In this document: positions 25,531 to 38,041 of the stretch, piece by piece
Numbering within the stretch: the stretch's first letter is position 1
Layout: every line of letters begins with the position of its first letter
Source: Lama glama
Lineage: Eukaryota
Direction of reading: 5' to 3'
Length of the DNA stretch: 64,000 bases
Assembly (NCBI GenBank): GCA_028534125.1
Contig: CM052817.1
Span: 101,186,001-101,250,000, forward strand
Translations under genes and position numbers: made by a program
The notes under the pieces: generated by a model
What the model saw: the letters and a program-made list of their open reading frames with translations, nothing else
Told to the model about the DNA's origin: nothing
The model's database searches: none

Positions 25531-25944
25531 AGAAACACGCAGGCAAATTTTGACACAGCTAAGAAAGTCTTAGGTGAATCTTGTGGATTAAAAAGGGTAG
25601 AGAAACTTCCAATATAGAACACCTTAAAATTCTGGATAAGATGCAAAAACCATAGTTTTTTTGGTCAGTTTTATTAAGGTATTATTTACATATAATGAAA
25701 TTCACTGATTTTAATTGTACAATTCAATGAATATTGACAAATGTACAGAGTCACGTAACCACCACCACAACGATGATACAGTACCTTTCCATCACCCCTC
25801 AAAGTCCCCTGTGCCCCCTAACAGTCAGCCCTTTCCCCTCCCCTCCAACCCGAGGCAATCACAGATTTATTTCCTATTACTATAGTTTTGCCTATTCCAG
25901 AACGTTCTATAAATTAAATCATACAGTATGGAGTTTCTTGTGTT

Positions 25945-26340
25945 TGTTGGAGGAGGTCAGTGAGAAGACGTGACCACTGGTTGACCCAAGAGCTGGGCAG
26001 CTGGAGGCTCCTCACCAGACTCCTGTTCTTGGCATGTGAGGGAGCTCCTTCCAGCGCTAGCACTGCCCGAGGACGCAGCCTTGGGAGAGTGATGTGCTGT
26101 TGAGCCCATCTGGACAGAGTATGGACATGACTTAACCCAGTTAAGGCCTCTCTATAAAAATTTAAGATTCTGGCAGGCAGGGGTGAAGATCTACTTATCC
26201 CACGGGCCCCACACAAGGCTTGTAAGTTCCCTTAATTACTATACATGCCACCTACCAATCTGAAATGCCTCTTTCTTCAGTCCCTCCCTGTCCTCTGTGG
26301 ATGGGAGCCAGTTTCAGATTTCAGAATAAAGTGATCAACA
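25945..26340 (+). mobile_element. ERV solo LTR
   Basis: TGTTG...CAACA inverted termini; TATAAAA at ~26154; interrupts a collinear L1. Confidence 0.75.
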
Positions 26341-26618
26341 GTATATGAATTCTTCCACTTGGCGCCGTATTTGGCGATTTCCCCATGCTGTTGTGCATGT
26401 CAGGAGTCTGCTCCTTTCTACAATGAGCAGAGTTCCACTGGATGGATATAGCACAATTTGTTTTATTAATTCACCAGTTGATGGGTATTTGTTGTTCTTC
26501 CTGGTTTTCAGCTATAATGAATAAGTGGATATAAACATTCACCTAGAAGTCTGGGTAGACATGTATTTTTCACTTCTCCCGGGTAAATACTTAGGAATGG
26601 AATGGCTGGGTCATATAG

Positions 26619-27245
26619 TATAGTAAGCAGAATTCTAAGAAAGACTCTCAATGACCCTCACCCTTGCATAATTCCCTCCCCTCTGAGGGTCAGTAGAACA
26701 TGAGAATATGTTGAGATATCACCCCCATGGTTATGTTACCTTACATGGCAAAGAGAGATGGCAAAGGGAGATGAGCTGGGTAGACCTAATCTAATCACAT
26801 GAGCCTTTAAAACACTTTTAGACAAAAAAGAAAGTCAGAGATGTGATGCAATCACAGGGGTGATTCAGTATGTCTTTACTGGCTTAAAGATGGAGGGCAC
26901 CCACGTGAAGGAATATGGACAGCCTTAAGGAGCTGAGCGAAGCCCCCGTTGACAGCCAGCATGAAATGGGGACCTCAGTCCTGCAGCCACAAGGAATTGC
27001 ATTCTTCTAACAACCTCACTGAGCTTGGATGAAATCTTGGATGAAATCTTGGATTTCATCCTAGAGCCACTAGAAGAGGACTCAGCCCAGCTAACACCTT
27101 TACTTCAATCTTGTGATACCATGAGCAGACAACCCAGCCCCACTGCCCCAGTCTCTGACCTTCAGAACTATAAGCGAATAAGCAAATGTAGTTTTAAGCC
27201 ACTAAATTCACAGTGATTTGTTATAGCAATAGAGAAGTAATACAT
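26619..27245 (+). mobile_element. MLT1D/E-type MaLR solo LTR
   Basis: GGGACCTCAGTCCTGCAGCCACAAGGAATTGCATTCT; TTTTAAGCCACTAAATT...AGAAGTAATACA end. Confidence 0.85.
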
Positions 27246-27569
27246 ATACATGTATTTAACTTCATAAGAAATTGCTAAATTGATTCGCAAAGTGGCAATA
27301 CCATTTTACATGCCCACCAGCAGTGTATAGGGGCCCAGTTGCTCCACATTCTTGGCGATACTTGATATTGTCCGTCTTTCCCATTTTTTTAAGTCATTCT
27401 TGTGTAGTGGTATTACACTGGGGCTTTAATTTGCATTTCCCCGATGACTAATGATGTTATGCATCTTTTCACGTTCTCATTTACTACCTCTACATCTTCT
27501 GTTTGTGAAATGTCTGTCTAAATCTTTTTCCCACTTAAAAAAATTGGGTCATTTGTCTTACTCTTTCAA

Positions 27570-28680
27570 AGCACTGTGGGGTTGGTGTAAAGTAAAGGGA
27601 AGAGAAGGCAGAACTTTGAAAAAGCTTGAGTGTAGCCCTCTACAAAGCAGACCTTTGCTGAGAGGGATGGAGACAGGGGCACCTGACAACCCCCAGAGTC
27701 TCAGTTTGAATGAGCCACATCCAAGGGGCAGGAGGTAGAGAGAACTGGGCTTGAGCAGGTTGAGAGGCAAGAACCCTGGAAAGGCAACATAATGGATTTA
27801 CAAGAGCACAACTTGCCTGCATAAGGAGATGTTACCTACCTGCGCCTTGGCACTGGGGAGAATACTCTGCCCAAAGTATTTCCAGTCTTCGGCTTCCACT
27901 CACAAGTGCTTGAACTTGAAATTTACATCTCCTGCATGGACCTGAAAACTTTAAACACAAAATTGATTTTAAAGTGCTCCCACCTCCCCAGCCTATCTAC
28001 CTGGGCGTTTCACTTTAACACAGGGACTCAGAGGTCCCACTGATAAAGTTCCAAGGTACATGAATTCACAATAAATAAAGATCATTAAATAAACAAGGGA
28101 ACAACATCATGAGTGAGAGTCACGTGAGACAATAAACCACTGTGTAAAACCTGTAAAGACTACGATATTGAATGACTGGGGACAGAAGATTAAATAGGTG
28201 TGTTTAATATTTTAAGGAGATAAGATAACGGAATAAAAGCATAACAAGGAACAAAAGATTCAAAATTGACAGACAACCTAGAAAAACGTGAAAATTACAT
28301 GACAGCTGACTCCTCAGTAGCAGCAATGAAGCCAGGAGACATTTGGAATATCTTCAAAATGTTGATTGAAAATAACCATGATCTTAAAATTATATGTCAC
28401 ATGAAACCATATTTCAAGAACAAAATCAAAATAAAGGCATTATCAAACCAAAACTGGGAGATTTCAGTAACAAAAAACCCTTACCATGAATATTCGTAGG
28501 GATGCCCTTTAAAGAAAAGGAGAATGACCCCAGAAGGAAGTTCTGGGATGCAGAAAGTAAAGAGGAAAAATATGGGTAAAAAATGTGGACAAATATAAAC
28601 AATATTGCATATACCAAATGATAATGTCTAATTGAAGTGTCAAAAATATCCAATGTAGAATTAAGATCCTGGGAAATAAG
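27570..28680 (+). mobile_element. Ancient L1/HAL1 ORF1-region remnant
   Basis: ORF 28266-28499 MTADSSVAAMKPGDIWNIFKMLIENN...FKNK..IKALS resembles the L1 ORF1p C-terminus. Confidence 0.7.
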
Positions 28681-30289
28681 AGCCTAAAAACTGGGACGAA
28701 TGTATTTGCTATAATGAATATATTCTTCCATGTGCCACACCCAGTGCTGAGTAATTTTCAGTCCTTCTGCCACTTAATCCTCCCAGCCATCTTATGAGGA
28801 AGGTGCTGTTAGCTGGGTTTTTCAAATGAGAAAGCACATATAGCCAGGAAGGGTCAGCTGGGACTTAAGCCAGGTCTGTCTGACTCCGAGCCTACGCTCT
28901 TAAGCAGTCTCCCATTGCTCTCATTGGCAATATTTGTTCTGGAAAACATAGGCAAGTGTAAAGAAAACATAGACAAAGTGTAAAGCCAAAAATCCCCCCG
29001 CATCATAACTGTCACGTGGACAAGTACACGCACCCATAACTTTGAAAAAAACTGGGATCGTATCTGATGTTTTGAATCTCACTTAAATATTACCAATCTA
29101 TATAATATTCTAAATATAATCATCTTGCTGTTACTTATTTTTGGAGCAATATTTTAAAATACTTCATTGCTTAGTATTTTTCAACCTCTTTACCCCTATT
29201 CTTCTGTCTTCTACAGTATTCACTGTGAATGTTGGTTAGAAGTGAAGATAATCTGCTTGATACTTTTTATTTTCTCAAACTTGAAATGTAATAAGAGAGA
29301 GAGGTGGGTGTCTATTCTATTGTTGGCTCTACATATTTTTGTTTTATAGAGCCTCATTTGCAAATGAGCGTCTGTGTAACATGATTCCAAAATTATATGC
29401 TTCAAAGCAGATTCAGGATACAAAATATGGATTTTCAAAATACGTAGACTAGATGGCTCTTAGATGAGGTTTTTGCTTCATGACAAAAATTTCCTGTATG
29501 TTTTCTTTTACATAAACTGGTTTTATAAAATATAGAACTATCAAAAAATATAGAAATATCACTTCGTGAAAATTAGAAGCATGTGGAACTTAACAGAAAT
29601 GCATTTGAGTTTTAAAGAGACGCATTTGTATACACACATATACAAATATATATTTCATTCTCAACCCAGAGATTAATTAACATCATCATCATATTATAAT
29701 GTGTAAAGTAAAATCTCAGCAATTTAAGCATGCTGTTGATTTCAAACTTTTAATAACCCAGATATGAAACATACAATTTATAGCGAGGAGAAACCAATAT
29801 ATGGGGGGGGGTGTATGCAATTGTATTATGCCTTGCACAAAGCACACTGAGTTGTTTCATTTTACTTTTGAGTACCAATTTGTCGTTTGATGAGTATAAA
29901 ACGTCCATAGCCGAAAGTAACAAGATGTCATATGAACATTTAAATGTTTAGCAAATATGGACAGTCTCATCCACCCGTCTTCTTTTTTTTCCCCACCCTG
30001 AATTTCACCTGAAATAGTGAGTTTAATTTTGTTGCCATCATTGTGGACTGATAGTGCAAAGAAATCCCCCGCCGTCACATATTACTCCCACGAGGTCTCC
30101 CCTTGGCTTCACACATCTTTACAGGCCTCTCCTCACCTGTACCGGGAGCTAGCTAGTGCTTGGTCTGTGCAAAATAACTTTATAGAGCACCTTAAGCGGA
30201 ATGGAGAAAATCAAATGTGCTAAAGAGAATGAGGTAATTCATTCTAAAACCAAGTGAAAAATCATTTGGGAGGGGGGAGGGGGGAGCCA

Positions 30290-32600
30290 CGCTGTCCCTG
30301 GGGTCCGCGATGCCACTAACCCCACCCACGCGCAGGCTCGCGGGGCTCCACCTCCATTCCCAAATATCGCTGCCCTGCTATTCCTGTCCCACCACCCTCG
30401 AGAATCTCTGTGAATCTGTGATTTAAAGCAGGCATCCACTGCCATCCGTCTTGAACCGCCTAAAGCTAGTTCGCAGTTCTCCGGGTAACAGAGAAGGAAG
30501 GAAGGGAGAAATGGCTCTCTGGAGTTTCCACGGAAACCACTCCCGGCAGAGGCAGGTGTGGCAGGCGGGGCGGGTGGGACGGAAAAGGGCCCTTGGGGCG
30601 GGGCGGGGCGGGGCTCGGGGAGGCCGTGGGGCGTGGCCGCCAGGCTGCTGGTTACCCTGTGTGGATTGTATATGTACTGTTGTTGTTTTGTGTTTTTTTT
30701 TTTAAATAAAGCACTACTTTCGGTGGGATATTTCACTTGCAAAATAGAATCACCAGTTCCTTCCGGCTTGATAAAATCAAGTCGCTCTCGAGGAGCTATT
30801 CGCGCTTTGGAGATGGTCCAGGTCGAGAAGGATCTGCAAAGGAGCCCCCCCAGACAGTAAGGTTCCACTGTCCAGCGTCCTCTGCAGAGGCTGGAGCTTG
30901 CGTGTGCGCAACGAAACGTGAGGGAAACCCCATTCGATGAGCTTCCTGGGCTTTGCAAAGTGCCAGGACATCCCACCAGTTCCCAGAAATCAAGTATTAA
31001 TAGGATTGAGGTTGACTGCTTCCCTCTACGTAAGTCCCCTTTACATTCGAGACGCAGGCTAGATTAACTGGAAAGGGACTTCCCTCTTATTTTGTTTCAC
31101 AGGTACCTTTGGGAAGAGCATGAAATTTATGCTCAGAGCGAATAGGAAAGAACTGAGGCTTTTGAAAAATTCCTAGGTCAAGGCTGGCATTTGAACCTTT
31201 TCCTGGTCCGTGCGTGCAATCATTCCAGCTGCGGCGTTGCCGGGGCTGAGGCTTGAACGTGAGATCCTCAGTCCCCAGCCTGTCATCTTTGTGTCTCTTT
31301 ATGGGGGGAGGGGCTGTCTGACACAGTTATTAAACCTGGCAGCTGCGTTGGCGGCACCGAGGCGCATTTTGAGTGAGCCTGCAGAAAATGAGGGGCTTTT
31401 AGCTGGGAGCCTGCTTGTCACTTCTCTCTGCCTGAAAGGCGGCTCTCAGGGCGCTTTCCCTTTTTTTTTTTTTTTTTTTTTTTTTGCCAGTGGCCGGGGA
31501 CAGTGTGCGCACTTAATGAAAACAACTGGAAACGTGAGTATCCGTGGCTCGGCGCAGCCTGTGTGTTAGGAGCTGGGCTCATAAGGCTTCCAGCCTGGTT
31601 GCGGGGACGCAGAGGCAGCGAGAGGAAAGGCCGGCGCGCGGGGGATCCGGCTACGCGAGGGCCTCGCGACGCGCGTCGCCACGCCTTGTCTGTGGGTGGT
31701 GCGCCCTGGCGCGGCGACAGGGGGCTTGAGCGCCCGGCTTCTAGCGCACGCCTCGGGATCTCGTCCTATGGTTTGGAGGCGGACGCACAAAGAAAAGACG
31801 CTGGGCCTAGGCAGCCGGTGTAGACAGTCCTGTCCAGTCCCCAAATACTTGGGTCTTTTTTGAGAAAGGGGAAAAACTGCATTTTACGGTTGGCTCAAAG
31901 CAATGAGATTAGGCCAGTGTTTTCCCGCCAGGGAGGACCTTTGTGCGCTGGCACTGACCACCGCGATCAGTCCTGCAGGGACCTGGGCGCAGCGGCGCCC
32001 CCGGAAGCATCGCGCGCAGCAGGGCCTCGGCTCGCGAAGGCGGCGCGTCCGGATTCCTTTGGGATTTCAGAGCCTTTTGGGCCCCAAACTCTCCTCTCGC
32101 CGAGCCCCGAGCTCGCTCCTTCCCCTGCCTCCCCACACGTTGTGTTCTAACACGGCAGACATTTTATGAAGACCATAAGTAAAGCGAAGAGACCTCAATG
32201 CCCTCCTTTCTCCCCGAAGTATGGATGTGAAGGGATGTGGTTTTATTCTATCGATCGCTTAGAGAGAATCTTGAAGGTCAGCTTCAGTTTTATATTTATT
32301 TCTGGACAAGGTTTCCAAGTTTACAAAGGTGGCATCCTGCCAGGGTCTCTCCGTGGTTTATATACTTTTAAAAGAACCTTGACTTTCCCCTAGGGGTTCC
32401 TAGGGGAGGCTAACAGCGTCAGTTGGCTCTGGAATGGCTTGGTCAGTGTTTCTTGTGCATTTCCTCATCGATCTGTTTCGGGCCCGAATGTGTGATACTG
32501 AGAAGTAGCATCTAAAGCCTAACACCACACCCCCCTCAACCCCGTTCCCGCCCGCCCTCCGGGCCAGGCTGGATTTCTTGAGGTCCTGTCGGGTGTTCAG
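30290..32600. promoter_or_regulatory. CpG-island promoter region (bipartite, ~30.3-31.0 kb and ~31.2-32.6 kb)
   Basis: Sharp rise in GC content and CpG density compared with CpG-depleted flanks; free of interspersed repeats; tandem GC boxes (GGGGCGGGGCGGGGCGGGGC at 30595-30614). Confidence 0.85.
30656..31120 (-). other. RBM47: Probable non-coding first exon (5' UTR) of a minus-strand gene with a long first intron; tentative candidate RBM47
   Basis: Minus-strand donor CACAGG|GTAACC at 30656/30655 inside the CpG island; no coding exon in the 30 kb downstream; TATA-like CATAAAT (minus) near 31125-31131. Gene identity rests only on unverified recollection of the RBM47 5' UTR and architecture. 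The TSS position is a guess. Confidence 0.4.
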
Positions 32601-33789
32601 AGTCAGGGGCTGATGGCAATGGAAGGCTTCACCTTCCCCAGGGACCAACAAAGCCAGGACTCAGGCGATATTTGTGTGTGGGCAGTCAACTATGGGCAAG
32701 CTGCTTAAACTTTCCAGGCCTCAGTTTCCTAATCTATAAAATGGGCATGCCAAAGTGATATCTTATAAAGATGTGCTAAAATGTGTGCTGGTTTTCCAAT
32801 GCCATCGCCCACTAAGCAGCTTTCCTGTTGTAACCTGAGAGTTGAGGATTATCTTAACGAAAACAAAAAGGAAAGAAAGGAAAAGTCTGTAAAATGGGGG
32901 GAAAAATAAATAACCCTCAGAAAAGCTGTTGTCAAATTAGCTTGGAAATTCCCTAAAAACAGACTAGCCTATTGGCTATAAATTAGTTAATTTATAGGTA
33001 AAGAACTAAAAGTGTTACGGACATGCTTGTGGCCCCTTTAATTTTGCATATCGGGTTATGGCCCTGGAGGAAGATTGATGTCCCTTTAATGAGGAAATGA
33101 GGCTTGATATTCATTGCTTTAATTTGCCCCGAAACTTGATTTTCCATCCTGGACTGTGGTTTCTCAGGTTTCTGCAAATGAGTCCCTTGTTAACAAAAAC
33201 CAGATGATGATTAAGAAAAAAAAAAAAGCATTGTGAGAAGACATTAATGTGATTCTGAGGTGTTAAATATACAAGGAACCGGAAATAAATACCTCGACTG
33301 AATTCTACTCTAGTAAAATAATGGTTAGGGTATTGTTTCTAATTTTGTGCATTGTACTTTAAAAAGAATGTGGAGGAACTGGAGGAGGGGTTCAGAATGG
33401 AGCAGCCAAAATAACTTAATGGAGCAGAAAGAGAAGCTTAAAAAAAAAAAAGAAAGAAAGAAAGAAAAGAAAAGAAAACCCTGAGGCTGAGTGAGGCACT
33501 GAAAAGAACAGAGTATGAGAAAACAAGGTTTTCATAGAACAAAATGAAGTACTTCTAAAATGGTGAAAGAATAAAATGTACCACTGAGGAGCTTCAAAAA
33601 GAGAATAATTTACCACCTGCCCTTCATGGTCTAGCCTCAGCTCTTTGTAAACATGATTGCATGTTCGAATCACCTGGGGACTTTGAAACTCTTCTGAGGC
33701 CCGTATTCTAACTTAACTGGTCTGAGTGTGAGTGTGGATATTTTGTCTGCGCTCCCTTGGTGAAACATTAGGTAGGGAAACATTGGTCA

Positions 33790-34210
33790 TGCCTAAGAGG
33801 GCAGAGTGCATGGCTGCAGGGGCCAGCAGGGAGCAGAGATGCCAAGGAGAGCCAGGGGCTGATGGGGCTCTCGGAGGGAAAGCATTTTGATCCACTTGTG
33901 CATGTCAGCCAGCTTTGCCAGATCTTCTGCTTTATCAAAGATTTCTGGAAATCCAGTTACTTATCTGTTAATACAAAATACTCAGATCTCTAAGGTTGCA
34001 ACTAAGTAAGAGTAAAACATTCAAAAATATATTGTGCCTGCAGGGGATAGGGGTCTAAATCAGTGGTAGAGCGCATGCTTAGCATGCAGGAGGTCCTGAG
34101 TTCAATCCCCAGTACCTCCATTAAAATAAATTAATTAATGAACTTAATCCCCCCCCCCTTAAAAGTATACTATGCTGGCCAAACAAAACATATCTGAAGC
34201 TGGAAATGGG
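33790..34210. mobile_element. MER102-like hAT fossil interrupted by a SINE
   Basis: TTGCCAGATCTTCTG...GAAATCCAG and GGCCAAACAAAACATATCTG motifs. Confidence 0.6.
34043..34160 (+). mobile_element. tRNA-Ala-derived SINE, long-tail form
   Basis: CAGTGGTAGAGCGCATGCTTAGCATGCAGGAGGTCCTGAGTTCAATCCCCAGTACCTCCA. Confidence 0.9.
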
Positions 34211-34212
34211 AT

Positions 34213-37110
34213 TTTCCATAATGACTGTACCAATTTATATTCCCACCAAAGTTTCCCTTTTCTCCACATCCTCATCAACATTTGTTATTTCTTGTCTTTT
34301 TGAAGATAGCCATTCTGACAGATGTGAGGTGATACCTCACTGTGGTTTTGATTTGCATTTCTCTGATAATTAATGATGTTGAGCAATTTTCATGTGCCTG
34401 TTGGCCATCTGTATGTGTTCTTTGGAAAATGTCTACTCAGGTGTTCTGCCCATTTTTTAATTAGGTTGTTTGTTTTTTCAATATTGAGTTGTATGAGTTC
34501 TTCATATATTTTGGATATCAGTCCCTTATCAAAGATAGAGTTTGCAAATATCTTCTCCCATTCAATAGGTTGCCTTTTCATGTGTTGGTGGTTTCCTTTG
34601 TTGTGGAAAAGCTTTTTTAGATGATGTAGTCCCATTTTTTAAAACTTTTGTTTCTCTTTTCTGAGGAGGTATTCCCCCCCCACCCACCAAAATAGTGCTA
34701 AGACTAATGTCCGAGGGTGCCCATGTTTTCTTCTTAGAGTTTTATGGTTTCAGGTCTTACATTTAAATCTTTAATCCATTTTGTGTTTATTTGTGTACAC
34801 GATGTAAAACAGTGGTCCAGTTTCATCCTTTTGCATGTAGCTGTCTAGTTTTCCCAACACCATTTATTGAGAAACTGTCTTTTCCCCATTGTAGATTCTT
34901 CTTAAGATTGCTTTGGCTGTTTGGGGGCTTTTGTGTTTCCCTACAAATTTGAGGATTATTAGTTCTATTTCTGTGAAAAATGCCACTGGTATTTTGATAA
35001 GCATTGCATTGAGTTTGGCGATTGCTTTGGATAGTGTGGACATTTTAACAATATTGATTCTTCCGATCCATGAGCATGGGGTGTCTTTTTATTTATTTGT
35101 GTCTTCTTCAATTTCTCTCTTCACTGTCTTGTATTTTCCAGAGTATAGATCTTTCACCTCCTTGGTTAGATTTATTCCTAAGTATTTTATTCTTTTTGAT
35201 GTAATTGTAAATGGGATTTGTTTCATTTCTCTTTCTGATTGTTCATTATTAGCGTATAGAAATGTGACATATTTCTGTATACTAATTTTGTATCCTGCTA
35301 CTTTACTGAATTAATTTATTTGTTCTTTATTAGTCTTTGGGGTTTTCTATATATAGTATCATGTCACCTACAAATAGTGACAGTTTTACTTCTTCCTTTA
35401 CAATTTGGATATCTTTTATTTCGTTTTTCTTGCCTAATTTCTCTGGCTAGGACTTGCAATACCATGTTAAATAGAAGTAGCAAGAGTGGGAGTTGTCTTC
35501 TTCCTGATCTTAGAGGAAAAACTTTCAGCTTTTCACCATTGAGTATGATGTTAGCTGTGGGTTTGTCACATATGGCCTTTATTATGTTGATTATATTCCC
35601 TTCAAAACCACTTTGTTGAGAGTTTTTATTATAAATGGATGTTGAATTTTGTCAAAATGCTTTTGTGAATCTGTTGATATGGTCATATACTTCATTTTAC
35701 TAACATGGTGTATCACATTGATTGATTTGTGAATGTTAAATCATCCTTGCATCCCTGAAGTGAATCCCACTTGATCATGGTGTATGATCCTTTCAATGTA
35801 TTGTTGACTTCAGTTTGCTAATATTTTGGTGAAGATTTTTGCATCTATGTCCATCAGGGATATTGGCTTGTAATCTTCCTTTTTGTGGTGCTTTTGGTTT
35901 TGGTATCAGGGTAATGCTGGCTTCATCAAATGAATTTGAAAGTGTTTCTTCATGTTCAATCTTTTGGAATAATTTGAGAAGGAAAGGTATTAACTCTGCT
36001 TTAAATATTTGATAAAATTGACTTGTGAGCCATCAGAACCTGGACTTTCGGGGAGGGTTTTTTTTTTATTACTGATTTAGTTTTCTTCCTAGTAATCAGT
36101 TTGTTCAGATTTTCCATTTCTTCATGATTCAGTCTTGGAAGATTGTAAACTAGGCATTTCTTCATTTCTTCTAGGTTGTCTAATTCACTGGTGTATAATT
36201 GTTCATAATATTCTCTTGTGATCTTTTGTATTTCTGTGGTGTCATTTGTAATTTCTTCTCTTTCATTTCTGATTTTATTTATTTGGGCTTTCTTTATTTC
36301 TTGATGAGTATGGCCAAAGATTTGTAGATTTTGTTTATCTTTTCAAAGAACCAACTCTTAGTTTTATTGACCTTTTTATTGTTTTTCAGTCTCTATTTCA
36401 TTTATTTTTAATCTGTTCTTTATTGTCCTCCCTTCTACTAACTTTGGGCTTTTCTTGTTCTTTTTCTAGTTCCCTTAAATGTAAATCCAGATGGTTTATT
36501 TGAGATTTTTTTCGTTTTTTGAGGTAAGCCTTTATTGCTATGAACTTCCATCTTAGAATGACTTTGGCTGTATCCCATAGATTTTTGGAAAGTTTTGTTT
36601 AAGGCTAATATTTCCTTACTGATTTTCTGTCTGGATAATCTATATATAGAAGTAAGTAGGGTATTAAATGTCCCCTACTATTATTGTATTGCTGTCCATT
36701 TTCCCCTTTATTTCTTTATATATTTGCTTTATACATTTAGGTGCTCCTATGTTGTGTGCTGGCAACTCTGACCCTGGAGAGGGCTCCGGCAGTTCCTCAC
36801 CCATTTGGATTTCCTTCCCATATAGTCCAGGTGCCCTTTAAACTGGCATTTTTTCACTGTGTCCCAGAATTGTGCTTGGGACCCTCAGTAATATCCCTCC
36901 CTATTTCAAGTTGCTGGGTCAGGGGTGTAGCACCCATGGATATCATGTCTCTGTCTTTTTTACCCATTTCTGTATGGTTCTTCTATGTGCAGAAGCTGTT
37001 CAGTCAGCCGTCAGGTCTTTTTCAAGGGTAATTGATCTATATGTAGGTGTAGGTTCAGTATGTCTGTGGGAGGAGATGAACTCAAGGTCTTCCTTTGCTG
37101 CCATCTTGCT
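34213..37110 (-). mobile_element. Internally deleted L1 (5' UTR joined to decayed ORF2 segments)
   Basis: ORF 34390-34635 [12 protein letters not shown]...[16 protein letters not shown] is ORF2p; RT and EN segments extend to ~36754; minus-strand 5' end reads CAAGATGGCAGCAAAGGAAGACCTTGAGTTCATCTCCTCCC. Confidence 0.9.
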
Positions 37111-38041
37111 CAAGTTCTTTTTTTATGCTCTTTTTAACTCAAAGAAACATTTCTTGGCCTCCTTCTCTCTGAAGGATCATGTCTTCCTGGCTAAGTGCCT
37201 ACTCTTTGACAGATCTCTCTGGATTATTTGAATGAAGCAATATTACCTAGTTCCCTAGCCTTCCCTTGACTGTAAGTTAAGGAGGCTGGCCCTGGAGATT
37301 GGAATAGCGACTATGACACCCTAAGGTAAGAGGGAGGCAAACCTGCTCCTCCCCAACATCTACCACTCAGAGCCCTGTGGTTCCCCATGCTGATCGTGAA
37401 GATAAGATGAAAGGGGATTGGGAAGCTTGATCTTTCTATGGGAGGCCTGGGAACTGTCCTAAAGCTGCCTTCTGTTGTCTCTTGGGTTGGAGGGGAGTGG
37501 GTACCATACACTGTCCATGCATATAAGCAGCAGTGATGTTGAAACATGATTTCAAAAATTCCCAGTTCATACATCTCTTAAATTTCCCTGTTGCTGCACA
37601 CAAGCAATGGAAGAAAACTATGTCTCTATTAGAAAAGAGGAGGCATTTAACACCACTTTTCACAGATAAGAACTTTTCCAGAAGTAGAAAAAATTTTAGG
37701 AGACCTCAAAGTGTGACTCAGCTGGGTTTGCCCTGCCTCTTCCCTCTGGATTAGGGCTGCTGTTATTTTGTTTGGATGTTGGGGTCAGGTGAAGTAACAG
37801 GAAGGCAGAACAGCAGCCAATGTCTGGCTGTACCCACTTTGTGTGGTGCTGAGACCAGGGTGGTACCTGCCTTCCCAGTGATGAGGTGGCCTTCCAGGCT
37901 GACACAGAGGACTGTGTGTGCAAGGTGGCAGAGACTCAGCACAGAGATGACCACTTCCCCCACAGCAATGAGCAGATGTCAGATTTGTTCAAAACAGCTT
38001 TGTTAAGTGACGTAGCACTGTAAGTAAATGAAATCAGCATT

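Larger units (their letters stand above)
25660..27560 (-). mobile_element. Ancient L1M 3' region split by two LTR insertions
   Basis: Collinear antisense L1 segments at ~25660-25944, ~26345-26618 and ~27250-27560. Confidence 0.75.

Noticed and set aside
30239..30976. 245-aa minus-strand ORF, the longest in the track
   Set aside because: Non-ATG start, reads through the splice donor into GC-rich intron, low-complexity Pro/Ala/Gly composition with no recognisable domain; typical CpG-island chance ORF.
31210..32169. Cluster of 60-120 aa ORFs on both strands
   Set aside because: Stop-codon scarcity in GC-rich island DNA; no recognisable protein.
34913..35619. Hydrophobic membrane-protein-like ORFs
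   Set aside because: Antisense reading of A-rich L1 ORF2.
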